Part shown: piece after piece, positions 36,627-37,674 of the stretch
Layout: each line of letters starts with the position of its first letter
Position numbering within the stretch: position 1 is the stretch's first letter
Assembly (NCBI GenBank): GCA_964016365.1
Contig: CAXHHE010000001.1
Coordinates: 1-37,674 of the forward strand
Reading direction: 5' to 3'
Source of the DNA: an uncultured Bacteriovorax sp.
GTDB taxonomy: Bacteria > Bdellovibrionota > Bacteriovoracia > Bacteriovoracales > Bacteriovoracaceae
Length of the DNA stretch: 37,674 bases
Notes under the pieces: generated by a model
Database searches by the model: none
Told to the model about the DNA's origin: nothing
The model's input: the letters and a program-made list of their open reading frames with translations, nothing else
Program-made: the position numbers and the translations under genes

Positions 36627-37463
36627 ATGCTTCCAGAAAGTCGATTGTATAGTTTTATTGACCAAAAAGAGGGCTTCACGCTCCACTTCCTTGAGGGTCA
36701 AAAGTTAATTAATGATCTCGCGATTATTCACGAAGTCATTGGTGCCGGATTTCAATATTTCCGCGATGCCATTCTTTCGTTCCAACCGATGATTTCATTC
36801 TTAAAGCCAGGCGAAGGTCTGGGAGTTTACATCGATTCGGAAGAGCCATATTTTCGCTTAAAGATTGAAATGAGTGATCAAGGCCAGATGAGGACACTTC
36901 TTCTGCCTGAACAATTCAATGAATTCCCGAAGGCCATTACCGGTAAATGCCGTATTGTAAAATTGCTTCCTGGTGAACTTCACCCCTACACTTCGATTAT
37001 CAATCTGGATAAAATTGATGCTCATGCTATGGTTAACAAGATTCTTTTAGAATCATACCAAGTCAAAAGTGCCGTTCACGTTTCTGAAGTATCTGATCAA
37101 AGTATCATGCTGATGAAACTTCCTGAGATTAATGTCAACAAAGTAGAGACAAACTACACAATGAACATTGATCAATACTGGAAGAGCATTCAGGAGAAAA
37201 TGGAAGAGCTCTTCAAACAAGGCGCAACTGAGCAAAGCGATATTCAGCCTCATTTTGAAAATCTGGGACTGACGTTTCTTGGCTCAAAACAAGTTTCATT
37301 CAAGTGCACTTGTTCGAGACAAAGAATGTTTGAAGGTGTTCGCTCAATCATCTGGTCAAGCGGAATTGATGCCGTTTTTGCTCCGGATGAATCAAGCATT
37401 GAAACAAAATGCGACTACTGCAAAACCAGCTACCTTATGACCAGAGAAGAATTTTCTAACTAG
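36627..37463 (+). CDS. hslO: Hsp33-family redox-regulated chaperone
   Basis: C-terminal Zn motif CTCS...CDYC; SYQV and G-x-MR motifs. Confidence 0.82.
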   Translation: MLPESRLYSFIDQKEGFTLHFLEGQKLINDLAIIHEVIGAGFQYFRDAILSFQPMISFLKPGEGLGVYIDSEEPYFRLKIEMSDQGQMRTLLLPEQFNEFPKAITGKCRIVKLLPGELHPYTSIINLDKIDAHAMVNKILLESYQVKSAVHVSEVSDQSIMLMKLPEINVNKVETNYTMNIDQYWKSIQEKMEELFKQGATEQSDIQPHFENLGLTFLGSKQVSFKCTCSRQRMFEGVRSIIWSSGIDAVFAPDESSIETKCDYCKTSYLMTREEFSN

Positions 37464-37672
37464 AATGGACTGACACTGTCCCAGTTGAATTTCTTGTCTT
37501 CAGGTTTATAAATCATCCTTTTCAACATGTCTGATTCATCAAAGATTCCGCAGAAATTTTCTGCCATTGATCCTTTGGCCAGTACTGGCGACATAAGCGA
37601 TGAGTTTTTGAAATAAAGATTTTTTCCTGCCTTTTCGAAGTCTGACCACTCTTTTCCTTGCAGAGGAAATTC
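37460..37672 (-). CDS. 3' end of a gene running off the window, alkaline-phosphatase-like C-terminus
   Basis: Open frame EFPLQGKEW...SPVLAKGSMAENFCGIFDESDMLKRM...SPF*. It resembles the VPVxAxGxxAxxFxGxxDxTD tail of alkaline phosphatases. Confidence 0.55.
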   Translation of the reverse strand, partial: EFPLQGKEWSDFEKAGKNLYFKNSSLMSPVLAKGSMAENFCGIFDESDMLKRMIYKPEDKKFNWDSVSPF

Positions 37673-37674
37673 TA

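Overview
AT-rich bacterial chromosomal segment. Gene content and protein style point to a predatory Bdellovibrionota, probably Bacteriovorax-like (inference). Bases 1-46 are Illumina Nextera adapter, not biology. In order, the window holds: an EEP-family fragment, psd, an HtrA protease, a divergent btuFCD/btuB cobalamin-uptake locus with a very compact cobalamin riboswitch, a Yej/Opp-type peptide ABC transporter without ATPase, and four hypothetical genes. An accessory secreted-protein region follows: a sigma54/IHF promoter, CsrA-type GGA hairpins, a matrixin protease with a C-terminal anchor, an alpha/beta hydrolase, an unannotated 38-aa ORF and three paralogous small beta-rich proteins. After it come groESL, an OsmC-family gene, polA, an RDD gene, trxA, gmhA, a five-gene Glt-like envelope operon (OM barrel, GltC/D/E/F-like), an AddAB-like helicase-nuclease with an Fe-S-type cysteine motif in both subunits, hslO, and a partial phosphatase-like gene. 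No rRNA, tRNA, CRISPR array or mobile element was recognised. All family assignments come from motif recognition by eye, not database searches.
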